From Squalus acanthias (Eukaryota), in the NCBI GenBank assembly GCA_030390025.1, contig JASTWF010000346.1, positions 310,001-374,000 of the forward strand: a DNA stretch of 64,000 nucleotides, given 5' to 3'. The notes beneath the pieces are model-generated. The model had not been told where the DNA came from. It ran no database searches and was given only the letters and a program-made list of their open reading frames with translations. The position numbers and the translations under genes are program-made. Of the stretch, positions 21,362 to 34,566 are shown one piece after another (the stretch's first letter is position 1; every line of letters starts with the position of its first letter).

Positions 21362-24300
21362 TAAGAATCAGAGAATTATGGAATAGTACAGCACAGAAGG
21401 AGGCCTTTCGGCCTAATGTATCTGCGCCGGCTGTTTCAAAGAGCAATCCAGTTCGTCCCACTCCCCCGCTCTTTCCCCATATCACTGCAATTTTTTCTCC
21501 AATTCCCTTTTGAAGGCTACTGTTGAATCTGTATCCACCGCCCTATCTGGCAATGCATTCCAAATCCTAACCACTCGTTGTGTCAAAAAGTTTTTCCTCA
21601 TGTCGCCTCTGGTTCTTTTGCGAATCACCATAAATCTGTGCCCTCTGGTTATCAACCCTTAAGCCATTGGAAACAATTTCTCTTTATTTACTCTAGCTAA
21701 TCCGTCATGATTTTAAACTCCTCTATCAAATCTCCTCTTGGACATCTCCACGCTAAGAAGAACAACCTCAGCTTCTCCAGTCTATCCACGTAACTGTAAT
21801 CCTTCATACCTGGAATCATTCTAGTAAATCTCTTCTGTACCCTCTCCAAAGCCTTCTTGTCCTTCCTAAAGTGTGGTGCCCAGAATTGGACACAATACTC
21901 CAGCTGGGGCCGAACTCGTGTTTTATAAAGGTTTAAGAACATAAGAAATAAGAGCAGGAGTAGGCCATACGGCCCCTTAAGCCTGCTCCACCATTCAATA
22001 AGATCATGGCTGATCATCGACCTCAACTCCACTTTCCCGGCCCATCTCTGTATCCCTTGATTCCCCTGGAGTCCAAAAGTCTATCTATCTGAGCCTTGAA
22101 TATACTCAAAGACTCAGCATTCACAGCCCTCTGGGGCAGAGAATTCCAAAGATTCACAACCCTCTGAGTGAAGAAATTCCTCCTCATTTCAGTCTTAAAT
22201 GGCCTACTCCTTATCCTGAGACAATGCCCCTAGTTCTAGACACTCCAGCCAGGGGAAACAACCTCTCCGCATCTACCCTGTCAATCCCCTTCAGAATCTT
22301 GTATGTTTCAATGAGATCAACTCTCATTCTTCTAAACTCCAGAGAGTATCGGCCCATTCTACACAATCTCTCCTCATAGGACAGCCCTCTCATCCCAGGA
22401 ATCAATCTAGTGAACCTTCGTTGCCCCGCCTCCAAGGCAAGTATATCCTTCCTTAGATAAGGAGACCAAAACTGTGCACAGTACTCCAGGTGTGGTCTCA
22501 CCAAGGCCCTGTACAATTGTAGCAAGACTTCCTTACTCTTATACTCCAACCCCCTTGCAATAAAGGCCAACATGCCATTTGCCTTCCTTATTGCTTGCTG
22601 TGCCTACATGCTAGCTTTCTGTGTTTCTTACACGAGGACACTCAAATCTCTCTGAACACCAACATTTGAAAGTTTCTCACCATTTAAAAAATATTCTGTT
22701 TTTCTATTCTTCCTACCAAAGTGAATAACCTTACATTTCCCTACATTATACTCCATCTGCCACCTTACTGCCCACTCACTTCGTCTATCTATATCCCTTT
22801 GCTTTCCCACCCATCTTTGTATCATCAGCAAACTTGGATACATTACACTCAGTCCCTTCATCTGGGTCATTAATATAGATTGTAAATAGCTGAGGCCCCA
22901 GCACTAATCCTTGCGGCACCCCACTAGTTACAGCCTGCCAACCTGAAAAAGATCTGTTTATCCCTACTCTGTTTTCTGTCCGTTAACCAATCCTCTATCC
23001 ATGCTACTATATTACCCCCAACCCCATGTGCCCTAATCTTGTGTAATAACCTTTTATGTGGCACCTTATCGCATGCCTTTTGGAAATCCAAATATACTAC
23101 ATCCACTGGTTCCCCTTTATCTACCCTGCTAGTTACATCCTCAAAAACTCTAATAAATTTGTCAAACACGATTTCCCTTTCATAAAACCATGTTAATTCT
23201 GCCTAATCATGTGATGATTTTCTAAGTGACTTGATACCATTTCCTTAACAATGGATTCCAGCATTTTCCCGATGACTGATGTAAGGCTAACTGGCCTGTA
23301 GTTCCCTGTTTTTTTTCTCCCTCCTTTCTTGAATAGTGGTGTTACATTTGCGACCTTCCAATCCGCTGAGACCATTCCAGAATGTAGGGAATTTTGGAAG
23401 ATCAAAACCAATGCATCCACTATCTCTTCAGCCACCTCTTTTAGAACCCTAGGATGTAGGCCGTCAGGTCCAGGGGATTTGTCGGCTTTTAGTCCCATTA
23501 GTTTCTCTAGTACTTTTTCTCTACTTATATTAATTACGTTAAGTTCCTCACCCTCATTAGACCCTTGTTTCCCCACCATTTTTGGTGTGCTTTTTGTTTC
23601 TTCTACTGTGAAGACAGATACAAAATATTTATTTAACTATTCTGCTATTTCCTTATTCTCCATAATAATTTAGCATAACTTCCTGGCTTTTGTACTCTAT
23701 GCCTCTATTTATGAAGCCCAGGATCCCATATGCTTTATCAACTGCTTTGTTAATCTGTCCTGCCACCCTGAATTTTTGTGCACAGACACCCCCAGGTCTC
23801 TCTGTTCTTGTACCCCCTTTAAAATTGTACCATTTAGTGTGTATGGTCTCTCCTCATTCTTCCTACCAAAAAGTACCACCTCACACTTTTCTGCGTTGAA
23901 TTTCCTCTGCCATGTGTCCGCCCATTCCACCAGCCTGCCTATGTCCTCTTGAAGTCTATTACTATCTTCCTCACTGTTTACTACACTTCCAGGTTTTGTG
24001 TCATCTGCAAATTTCAAAATTGTGCCCTGTACCCCCAAGTCCAAGTAATTAATGTATATCAAAAACAGCAGTGGTCCTAGTACTGACCTTTGCGGAACAC
24101 CACTGTATACCACCCTTCAGTCCAAAAAATAGCCATTCACCACAACTTTGTATCCATGCTGCTACTGCCCCTTTTATCCCATGGGCTTCAATTTTGCTAA
24201 CAAGCCTAATATGTGGTACTTTATCACCTTTTTGAAAGTCCATATACACAACATTGACTGCACTGCCCTCATCCACCCTCTCTGTTACCTCATCAAAAAA

Positions 24301-24393
24301 ACTATCAAGTTAGTCAAACATGTTTTGCCCTTAACAAATCCCTTTATTAATCCATGCTTGTCCAAGTGGCCATTAATTTTCTCCCGCATTATT
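21362..24393 (-). mobile_element. Stacked CR1 LINE fragments
   Basis: Multiple RT ORF fragments, with 3' tails near 21362 and 21936. The last fragment continues at 25827. Confidence 0.87.
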
Positions 24394-25826
24394 GGGCGCG
24401 AATTTCCCAATGGAGGCGGGTTTCGGTTTGGGTGGGTTCCAAACCCGCCTCCACTGAGAGGTGGGAAAAATTTGCGATTTTCCCCTAATTGGCCAGTTGA
24501 TTTCAGAGGTGTGGGTTCCTCTGGGCCAATTAGTGTTTTGTGACTGAAACTCGCCTCTGCTGACGTCACTTATCCAGCTTCATTTAAGGGCTGCTTGCTG
24601 CCTTGGCTCATTCCACTGGTTTTTGGTCGATGCTGCACCACCTCCAAGCTGTTATCTCCTTGAAGAATGGCCAGCTCCAAGGCAAGGGCCTCCCCGAGGT
24701 TCTCGGATGAGGCGCTGGGTATGCTGGTTGAGGGGGCGAGAGCTAGCAGGGAGGTGCTCTTCCCCTCATCTGGGAGGAAGAGGCCTCCCAAAGAAACCAA
24801 GGCTGTGTGGGTCCAGCTGGCAAGGGATATAACCTCCAGATCTGTGTGCAGATTGGGTGATTGTTTCTGTTTATTGATGAAATGTCATCCCTGTGGGAAT
24901 GTATTAAAATTAGGTGATGGCAAACTGTTGGCGTGATGGCATCTGTTATTTTGGCTTCGGCAGTTCCACAATGCGGGCTCCACAACACTTGCATGGTCAG
25001 GTTGGTGGTCAGAGTGAAAGGAGGCCAGAGAGTCATGTCCATTGTCTATCATGTGTTAAGAAGGAGCCAAGCACATGTGCCACAATGGGCAACCTATGCA
25101 AATCTGGCCAGGATGAGTGCATTTCTTGCACGACGTGCTTCCATGCGTTGGCGCCTTCTGCCCTGTGCAGCATCAGGTGGGTGAGCAGGAGGTTGGGGCT
25201 CCTGCTGCCGTTGCTGCTGAGCTGCCTGGTTCTGCTGCTGCCGTGGCTGCTCCTCATCCGAATCTGAGGTCCATGGTGAAAGGAATGAAATGGTTCCCAT
25301 GCTGCTGGCAGATACCTCCGTTGGGGAAGCGCTCAGTCCAAGTGGGGAGAGGGTCTTCCAAGGAGGTCCCACACTGAGAGATAGAAGCTGCAGCACTTCT
25401 GACTTCGGTAGGCCTGCTAAAAGTACTGAAAGACCTTTGGAACAGAAGTTCTGCCACCTGCAACTGCTCCCTGATGAAAGCTCCGTTTCAATGGTGGAGC
25501 TGCAGCTGTGAGGAGGCCACCCACTTGTCAACCCGCCAGGATTAGCTGGTGTGGTTTAGGAGGGTCATGCAACACGCACAAAATGTGGTAAAATAACGAA
25601 GGCCTGTCCAAATAGGATTATAGAGGCCCTTAACTACTATTTAAGGGTCTTAACTACCTCTCCTGACTGATGGAGGCGGGACCGAATCGCACCCATCAAA
25701 CCCGCCTCCGGCAAAATTGCGCGGAGGCGGGTTGGAGGCAGGTTCCGAACCCGCCCTCAGTTTTTGCCATTTTGCCAACTGTCCCGCCTCCAAACCCGCC
25801 TCCTTGGGGCTGGGAAAATCGCCCCC
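24394..25826. mobile_element. Internally deleted PIF/Harbinger DNA transposon
   Basis: TIRs GGGCGCGAATTTCCC / GGGAAAATCGCCCCC, 3-bp TSD ATT, and subterminal aacccgcctcc repeats. Carries a Myb/SANT-like ORF start (RASPRFSDEALGMLVEG...VW, 24667+). The host CR1 rejoins across it. Confidence 0.8.
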
Positions 25827-26450
25827 ATTGTTTCTAAAAGCTTCCCCACCACCGATGTTAAACTGACTAGCCTATAATTGCCAGGTTTATCCTTCTACCC
25901 TTCTTTGAACAAACGTGTAACATTTGCAATGCTCCAGTTCTTTGGCACCACCCCTGTATCTAAGGAGGATTGCAAGATTGTGGCCACCACCTCTGCAATT
26001 CCCACCCTTACTTCCCTCGGCAACCTAGGATGCATCCCACCTGGACCGGGTGACTTATCCACTTTAGTACCATGAGCCTTTCTAGTACCTCTTCTTTATC
26101 TATTTTTATCTCATCCAGTATCCCAGCAACCTCCTCATTTACCATAGCTTTGGCAAAGTCCATTCCTTGATAAACACCGATGCAAAGTACTCATTTAGTT
26201 CCTCGGCCATGCCTTCTGCCTCCGCCAGTAGTTCTCCATTTTGATACCTAATCGGCCCCACTGCTCCTCTGGCAATCCTTTTACCGTTCATATGCCTATT
26301 AAAGACCTTTGGATTCCCTTTTATGTTAGCCAGACCTTTGGATTCCCTTTTATCTTGGCCACACCTTTGGATTCCCTTTTATCTTGGCCAGACCTTTGGA
26401 TTCCCTTTTATCTTGGCCACACCTTTGGATTCCCTTTTATGTTAGCTCTC
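25827..26450 (-). mobile_element. CR1 fragment (continuation of 23670-24393)
   Basis: Rejoins as ccgcattatt|gtttctaaaagcttccccacc. DKSPGPGG motif on the minus strand. Confidence 0.75.
26303..26447 (+). repeat. 29-bp minisatellite x5 derived from CR1 ORF2
   Basis: a(g/c)acctttggattcccttttat(g/c)tt(a/g)gcc, five tandem units. Confidence 0.9.
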
Positions 26451-26737
26451 GTTCATGAAAGAAAAAAATTATACTTTGGATTGTAGGGGACATAAAAGTC
26501 CACATATGGGAGGGTGGGTATATTGAACCTGGGAAAATATCTAGTATAAGTAACCAAATATATGACAACAGTGTTGCAGTATATGTGGAAGCAGATAGAG
26601 ACAGACTTGAGGCTGTTTTTGACAGTCACTGCCTCTGGCTGTGTCAGTCCTACATTGCATGTTAACTGCAGATGTCCTTGCATCTCATTCTCTGCTCACC
26701 CAGACCCTGGGAAGAAAGCTCTCCATAGTTCAATAGT

Positions 26738-27775
26738 AAAATACTGCGGATGCTGGGAATCTGAAACAACAACAGAAAATGCAGGAAAGACTCAGCAGGT
26801 CAGGCAGCATCGTGGAGAGAGAAACAGAGTTAAGGTTTCAGGTTCATCAGAACTGGAAAAAGGTGGAGAAGTAACAGATTTTTATGCAAGTGTGGGACAG
26901 GGAAAGGGAGGAGGGGAGGAAAGAACAAAGGGAAGGTTTGTGATAGGGTGGAAGGCAGGAGAGATTAAAAGACAAAAGGGATGATGGTGCAAGGCAAAAG
27001 GAGATGATAATGGGACAAGTTAAGAAACAAAAGATGATTCTAGATGAGGTGTAAATGGCGATGGCAGAATCAACAGCTGCCATGTGAGAGAAAAAAGAAA
27101 ACATCGGGGCCGAGGTTATAGACTGAAATTGTTGAACTCGATGTTGAGTCCAGAGGCTGTAAAGTGCCTAATCGAAAGATGAGGGGCTGTTCCTCGAGCT
27201 TACGTTGAGCTTCATTGGAACAGTGTAAGAGGCCGAGGACCGAGAGGTCAGAGTGGGAGTGGAGCGGAGAATTAAAGTGACAGGCGACCGGAAGCTCGGA
27301 GTCACGCTTGCGGACTGAACGGAGGCGTTCTGCAAAGCGGTCACCCAATCTACGTTTGGTCTCCCCAATGTAGAGGGGACCGCATCGTGAGCAGTGAATA
27401 CAGTATATTAAATTGCAAGAATTACAAGTAAATCGCTTTTTCACCTGAAGGAGTGTTTGGGGCCCTAGACAGTGGGCAGGGAGGAGGTAAAAGGACAGGT
27501 GTTGCTTCTCCTGTGCTTGTATGCGAAGGTGCCAGGGGAAGGGGAAGGGGTGTTGGAGGTGATAGAGGAGTGGACCAGGGTGTCGCGGAGGGAGCGGTCA
27601 CTTCAGAATGCTGAAAGGTGGGGGGGGGGGGCGGGGCGGGGCGGGGGGGGGAGGGGAAGATGTGTTTAGTGGTGGGATTATGCTGGAGGTGGCGGAAATG
27701 GCGGAGGATGATCCATTGAATGTGGAGGCTGGTGGGGTGAAAGGTGAGGACAAGGGGAACCCGATCCAAGGCGAA
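26738..27775 (-). mobile_element. Penelope-like element 3' part (GIY-YIG + terminal region)
   Basis: IYCIHCSRCGPLYIGETKRRLGDRF...HF...LE; homologous to 15400-15925. A hammerhead remnant CTGATGA-acct-GAAA lies near 26836-26850. Confidence 0.85.
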
Positions 27776-27779
27776 CCAA

Positions 27780-28200
27780 GTTTAGACAACCTGTCCTCAT
27801 AATTTAACCTTTGAGCCCCCGTGTCATTCTAGTGAATCTGCGATCTACCCCAACCCCCAGGCCAAGATATCTTTCCTGAGGCGCAGTGCCCAAAACTCAA
27901 TGTAGTGCTCCCGATGGGATCTGACCAACACTGTACAACTGAAGCATCACTTCCTCCATTTTGTATTCTAACCCTCTTGAGATGAAAGCCAACATTTCAT
28001 TTGCCTTTTTGATTGCATTTTGTACCTGTGCATTAGTTTTGAGTGATTTGTTTGCATGGACACCCGAATCCCTTTGCTGTTCCACAGCTCCTGGTCTCTC
28101 ACCATTAAACAAATATTCAGATTTATCTTTCTAGATTCTGAAGTGGATGACCTTGCACCTCCCCACATTGAACTCCATCTGCCATAGTTTTTCCCACTCA
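27780..28200 (-). mobile_element. Degraded CR1 fragment
   Basis: WQMEFNVG...KKANEMLAFISRGLEYK. Confidence 0.7.
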
Positions 28201-28343
28201 AAATTAATGTTTGCTAAGTGGCCTCTTCACTCTGTGGCAGTCAATTTCTCAGAATGTGACAAATGAATTAAAATAAATTAAAGAAAAGAAATGAGAAAAG
28301 AAATGATCCAGTCAGTGTTGAGTTAGTTGCCCTCAGCCAGGGA

Positions 28344-28771
28344 GTGTCAGCCGTGTCTCAGTGGGTAGCACTCTCGCATCTGAATCAGAAGGTTGAGAGT
28401 TCAAGTCCCACTCCAGTGCAGTGCTGAGGAAGTGCTGCACTGTCGGAGGTGCTGTCTTTTGGATGAGACGTTAAACTGTGGCCCCGTCTGCTCGCTCAGG
28501 TGGATGTAAAAAATCCCATGGCACTATTTCAAAGAAGAGCAAGGGAGTTATCCCCGGTGTCCTGGCCAATATTTATCCCTCAATCAACGTGACAAAAAAA
28601 CAGATTATCTGGTCATTGCCGTTTGTGGGAGCTTGCTGTGTGCTATTTTGGCTGCCGCTTTTCCTACATTACTACAGTGACTGCACTTCAAAAATACTTC
28701 ATTGGTTGTAAAGCGCTTTGGGACGTCCTGAGGTCATGAAAGATGCTATGCAAATGCAAGTCTTTCTTTTT
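28344..28771 (+). mobile_element. Deu-domain SINE (SacSINE1/AmnSINE1-like)
   Basis: tRNA-like head (ctcagtgggtagcac...gttcaagtccc), Deu core ...aaatcccatggcactatttc...cctggccaatatttatccctc, and an L2-like tail. Confidence 0.78.
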
Positions 28772-28773
28772 CC

Positions 28774-31700
28774 TCATAAGAGCATAAGAACATAAGAAAT
28801 AGCAGCAGGAGTAGGCCAATCGGCCCCTCGAGCCTGCTCCACCATTCAATAAGATCATGGCTGATCTGATCCTAACCTCAAATCTAAAGAACACAAGAAG
28901 TAGGAGCAGGACCAGGCCACTCAGCCCCTGGGCCCGCTCCGCCACCCACAGGGCCTTGACTGATCCGAACTCAGCCTCATGTCCAATTTCCTGCCTGCTC
29001 CCCGTAACCCCTAATTCCCTTTACTTCTAGGAAACTGTCTATTTCTGTTTTAAATTTATTTAATGATGTAGCTTCCACAGCTTCCTGGGGCAGCAAATTC
29101 CACAGACCTACTACCCTCCGAGTGAAGAAGTTTCTCCTCATCTCAGTTTTGAAAGAGCAGCCCCTTATTCTAAGATTATGCTCCTAGTTCTAGTTTCACC
29201 CATCCTTGGGAACATCCTTACCGCATCCACCCGATCAAGCCCCTTCACAATCTTATATGTTTCAATAAGATCGCCTCTCATTCTTCTGAACTCCAATGAG
29301 TAGAGTCCCAATCTACTCAACCTCTCCTCATATGTCCACCCCCTCATCCCCGGGATTAACCGAGTGAACCTTCTTTGTACTGCCTCGAGAGCAAGTATGT
29401 CTTTTCTTAAGTATGGACACCAAAACTGTATGCAGTATTCCAGGTGCGGTCTCACCAATACCTTATATAACTGCAGCAATACCTCCCTGTTTTTATAATC
29501 TATCCCCCTGGCAATAAAAGCCAACATTCCGTTGGCCTTCTTGATCACCTGCTGCACCTGCATACTAACTTTTTGATTTTCTTGCACTAGGACCCCCAGA
29601 TCCCTTTGCACTGCAGTACTTTCCAGTTTCTCGCCATTAAGATAATAACTTGCTCTCTGATTTTTCCTGCCAAAGTGCATAACCTCACATTTTCCAATAT
29701 TGTATTGCATCTGCCAAATCTCCGCCCACTCACCCAGCCTGTCTATATCCCCTTGTAGGTTTTTTATGTCCTCCTCACTTTCTACTTTCCGTCCCATCTT
29801 AGTATCATCTGCAAACTTTGATATGTTACACTCGGTCCCCTCCTCCAAATTGTTAATATAGATTGTAAAGAGTTGGGGACCCAGCACTGACCCCTGCGGA
29901 ACACCACTGGCTACTGGTTGCCAGTCCGAGAATGAACCATTTATCACAACTCTCTGCTTCCTGTTAGATAACCAATCCTCCACCCATGCCAGAATATTAC
30001 CCCCAATCCAGTGATTTTTTTTATCTTGAGCAATAATCTTTTATGTGGCACCTTGTCGAATGCCTTCTGGAAGTCTAAATACACTACGTCCACTGGTTCC
30101 CCTTTATCCACCCTGTACGTTATGTCCTCAAAGAACTCAAGCAAATTTGTCAGACGTGACTTCCCCTTCATGAAGCTATGCTGACTTTGTCCTATTAAAT
30201 TATGTTTATCTAAATGTTCCGTTACTGTCTCCTTAATAATAGACTCCAAAATTTTACCCACCACAGATGTTAGGCTAACTGGTCTATAATTTCCAGCCTT
30301 CTGCCTACTACCCTTTTTAAATAAGGGTGTTACATTAGCAGTTTTCCAATCTGCCGGGACCTTTGCTGAGTCCAGGGAATTTTGGAAAATTATTACCAAA
30401 GCATCCACAATCCCTACTACCACTTCCCTCAAGACCCTAGGATGTAAGCCATCAGGTCCAGGGGATTTATCCGCCTTGAGTCCCATTATTTTACTGAGTA
30501 CCAATTCCTCAGTGATTTTAATCGTATTTAGCTCCTCCCCCCCAGAGCCCCTTGTTTGTCCAGTGTTGGGATATTCTTAGTGTCCTCTACCGTAAAGACT
30601 GAAACAAAATATTTGTTCAGCATTTTTGCCATCTCCATGTTTCCCACCGTTAATTTCCCAGTCTCATCCTCTAAGGGACCTACGTTTGTCTTAGCCACCC
30701 TTTTTCTTTTTATATAACTATAGAAACTCTTGCTATCTGTTTTTATATTTTTTGCTAATTTATTTTCATAATCTATCTTCCCTTTCTTAATCAATCCTTT
30801 AGTTACTTTTTGCTGTCTTTTGAAGACTTCCCAATCTTCTATCCTCCCACTAAGTTTGGCTACCTTATATGTCCTTGTTTTTAGTTGGATACTATCCTTA
30901 ATTTCTTTACTTAGCCACGGATGGCTGTCATTTCTTTTACACCCTTTTTTCCTCAGTGGAATATATTTCTTTTGAAAGTTGTTGAATAACTCCTTAAATG
31001 AACACCACTGCTCATGTACCATCTTACCCTTTAATCTATTTTCCCAGTCCACTTTAATCAATTCCGCTCTCATACCATCATAGTCTCCTTTATTCAAGCT
31101 CAGTACGCTTGTTTGAGAACCAACCTTCTCACCCTCTAATTGGATATGGAATTCAACCATGTTATGGTCACTCATTCCAAGGGGATCCTTAACTAGGACA
31201 TTATTAATTAATCCTGACTCATTACACAGGACCAGGTCCAAGGTTGCTTGCCCCCTTGTAGGATCAGTTACATACTGCTGAAGAAATCCATCCCCAATAC
31301 ACTCAATAAACTCTTCCTCAAGGCTGCCCTGCCCAATTTGATTTGTCCAGTTAATATGATAGTTAAAATCCCCCATAATTATAGCTGTTCCCTTATTACA
31401 TGCCCCAACTATTTCCTGATTAATACTTCTTCCAGCAGTGTTGCAACTATTAGGAGGCCTATATACTACTCCCACTAGTGTTTTTTTCCCCTTATTATTC
31501 CTTATCTCCACCCAAACTGTTTCATTATCCTGATCCTTTGACCCAATATCATTTCTCTGTATTACAGTGATTCCTTCCTTTATTAACATAGCCACCCCAC
31601 CTCCCCTTCCTTCCTGCCTGTCCTTCCTGATTGTTAAATACCCTGGCATATTTAATTCCCAGTCGTTGTCACCCTGCAGCCATGTTTCTGTAATGGCCAC

Positions 31701-31930
31701 AAGATCATACCCATACGTAGTTATTTGTGCCGTTAACTCGTCCATTTTGTTATGAATGCTACGTGCATTCAGATAAAGAACTTTCAAATATGTTTTGTGA
31801 CACTTAGTTCCTGCTTTTACCTTTTTTAACACTTTACCTTTTACTCCATACCTTCTGTCCCTTCCTGACACGCTTTCCTCTGTCTCCCTGCTCAGGTGCC
31901 CAACCCCCTGCCACTTTAGTTTAAACCCTC
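28774..31930 (-). mobile_element. CR1 LINE, same subfamily as 1045-4568, ORF2 frameshifted
   Basis: ORFs 30528-31871, 29944-30504 and 29165-29983 are consecutive pieces highly similar to the 983-aa ORF2. It has the same double 3' end and tail. Confidence 0.93.
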
Positions 31931-32479
31931 CCGCTTGTGTGTAAGGGAAATGTGAGTCAGGTCTTCATATATGATAATACTATCCAGTGGGCTGTTGAAG
32001 CCTCCTTTGAGATTTGGTACCCAAAAGGAATTGCTCCTCTGATGAGTGGAGATCTGTATACGTGTGGGCATACCGACGAGTCAATTAATCTAATCAATTG
32101 TGTGGTGTGAATGTTATCTGGCACTTGTCTGTCCGAGCCTGGATTTTGATCAGGTCTTGTTGTAGGCTGTCATCGGCTGTTTCGGAGCAGTTGTGAATGG
32201 AGCTGAACACTTAGAATCGTCAGTGACCAGCCCCACTCCTGACAGTATGATAAAATGAAGGTCATTGAAGCGGCTACAGATGGTTGTGCTAAGGATGCTG
32301 CCCTATGGAACTCTGACAGAGATACCCTGGGATTTTGCCGATAAGCCCTTGGCAACCATAACCATCTTACTGTGTGTCAAGTATGACTCGAGCCACTGAA
32401 GAGCTTTCTCATTGACTTGCTTGCTGATGCTTAGTTCGGGTTCTACCAGAACCATTCGGCTCTAGGTCTCATCACATCC

Positions 32480-32750
32480 TTTGTCCGATCCTGTCACTGT
32501 TTTCCAAGTGCTCTGCTATTACATCTAGCATTTTCCCCACTACCGATGTCAGGCTATAATTCCCCGTTTTCTCTCTCCCACCTTTTTTAAATAGTGGGGT
32601 TACATTAGCTATCCTCCAATCCATGGGAACTGTTCCAGAGTCCATAGAATTTTGGAAGATGACCAATAATGCATCTACTATTTCTAGGGCCACTTCCTTA
32701 AGTACCCTAGGATGTAGATTATCAGGCCCTGGGGATTTATCGGGATTTAT
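32480..32750 (-). mobile_element. CR1 RT fragment
   Basis: NPDKSPGPDNLHPRVLKEVA...ANVTPLFKKG. Confidence 0.75.
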
Positions 32751-33851
32751 AGCGAGGGTATGGAATTTCCACATATATACTCTCAGCAGAGATGTGCACG
32801 TAACATGTGAGTGAAACAAAAAGAGCGAGGTAGACAGACGAGGAGAATGCCAGAAACAGTAGGGTAATTTTTCTAATTGGTTATGCCCAGTTTTCATGTA
32901 GAAAATGGACATTTCTGATCGAAAGATGGGGCAGAAATCTCTCATGTCCGATCTCCACCTTTCTGTGCATCACTCACTTTTCTGGTGGGGAAATTGTTTG
33001 GCACCTGAAACAGGTGGGAGTTTAATGTTAATATTCAATTGAATTTGCAATGACATCATTTGATGTCTACATAATTTCCCAGAGATTGTGCCTGAATTAC
33101 TCCAAGTGATCTAGTCATTCATATAAAATGGCTTCTAGAATTGCTAGGGTCTGAGATATTTACTGAAGTTCATTTAAAGAGATGTTCAAGAAGAATGAAC
33201 AATTTTCAGTCCATTTCTCCACATGATTTGTTCTTATTTGCTTTTTGCTGTTATCATTTTGGAGCATTTGTGGTGATTACTGTAATACACCCTTACAACA
33301 ATGGGTTTCCCCATGGGAATCCCCCTATGTCTGAGCTCTTCAGAGGGTGAGAAGGACTGATGGAGGGTAGCCAGGCAAGTCAGAGATGTTGAGCATTCAC
33401 CCATCAGTATGGCCACACCAGATTCTACAGGCACAGCGCATTGACCTCCATTCATCAGAGGAGCAGCTCCTGTTGGCACCAAATCTTAAAGGAGACAACA
33501 CACTGGATAATATTAATATCATACATGAAGGCCTGACTCATCTTAATGCAGGATCATTCTTCAGATGCACACCATGATTGCACATCATTTTATGAAAGAC
33601 TCCCAAGAGAAACACACAGCTCAATACATAGCGGTAAAAAAAATGCCACACAAATGTTCATTAGATATAACACAAACACAGTTCAGGCCCAGAGAGTTTT
33701 ATATTTCACTAAAACTTAGTATAAATGGTGCACAGCCTGTTTAACACTGGTATGTGAGCACTGTACATATAACATAAGATTTTAGACATAATTTATGACA
33801 AATAATTTATGACATAATGAGGCTATCACTTCTCTCTCTCTCTCTCAGGCG

Positions 33852-33881
33852 ATGATTCTTTGGCTAAGATCTCAAAGATGA
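33852..33881 (+). promoter_or_regulatory. Upstream ORF (9 aa, MILWLRSQR) whose TGA overlaps the BTN ATG (ATGA)
   Basis: ATG at 33852 lies 3 nt into the exon and is out of frame. Its stop TGA (33879-81) overlaps ATG 33878-80. Confidence 0.55.
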
Positions 33882-33935
33882 AAGAAGTTCACCACATTGT
33901 GCTATTACTGCTTGTGATTCTAATCTCAGTATATG
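33878..33935 (+). CDS. Butyrophilin-like gene, first coding exon (signal peptide MKEVHHIVLLLLVILISVY-G)
   Basis: A polypyrimidine (CT)n tract and AG acceptor lie at 33847-48, with ATG at 33878. The exon encodes a 19-aa hydrophobic leader and ends at donor G|GTAAG (33935/36) in phase 1, matching the IgV exon. Confidence 0.8.
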
Positions 33936-34566
33936 GTAAGGATCATTATAACTTGTTTATTTATATTTGTATATAACACCAGTAGACCTCCCTTACTTGC
34001 AGTGAGTCAGAAGATTCACTTTCTTTGATAACAATAGCAACATTTAAGAAATGTAGGGGATAATGTCAGGGCCACTGATTTTCAGTGACTGAATAAGTCC
34101 AATTTCATTTTTAATAAATCATATTCTGGGATTTTTTTATTGGCACTTTGAGAATTCCATTTCACAACTCTGGCCATTAATCTGTGAAATCCATAAATGA
34201 CTGGCCTTTATATGTATTAATATATTAAAAATTTTGGTCCTGATTTTCATTGTGGGTTCCGTCAGACTCCCGCTGTAACTCTCGTGTAACCTACGGGAAA
34301 CTGGCAAAGACCCGGTGACGCCAGGTTCCACCGATTCCAAGATTTCTTGGTTGGCCTTGTAAGGAGCGGAACCTCTATCCGCCAGTAACATCCAGGGAGC
34401 GGAGATAGCCTGCACCGGAGGTTCCCGTTTCCAGTTTCAGGACAAGGCGTATTACTGGAAGCCAGTTTCTCACAGTGAGATGAGGCATACCACTCTCCAA
34501 ATGGGTGTACTCTTTTTGATTGGGTACCAAACCAAATAACTAAATCAATAAAACTTTAAATAAACC

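Noticed and set aside
27619..27657. G-rich run as a functional G-quadruplex (also 6262-6290, 39717-39733)
   Set aside because: These are homopolymer expansions inside decayed retroelements with no sign of function.
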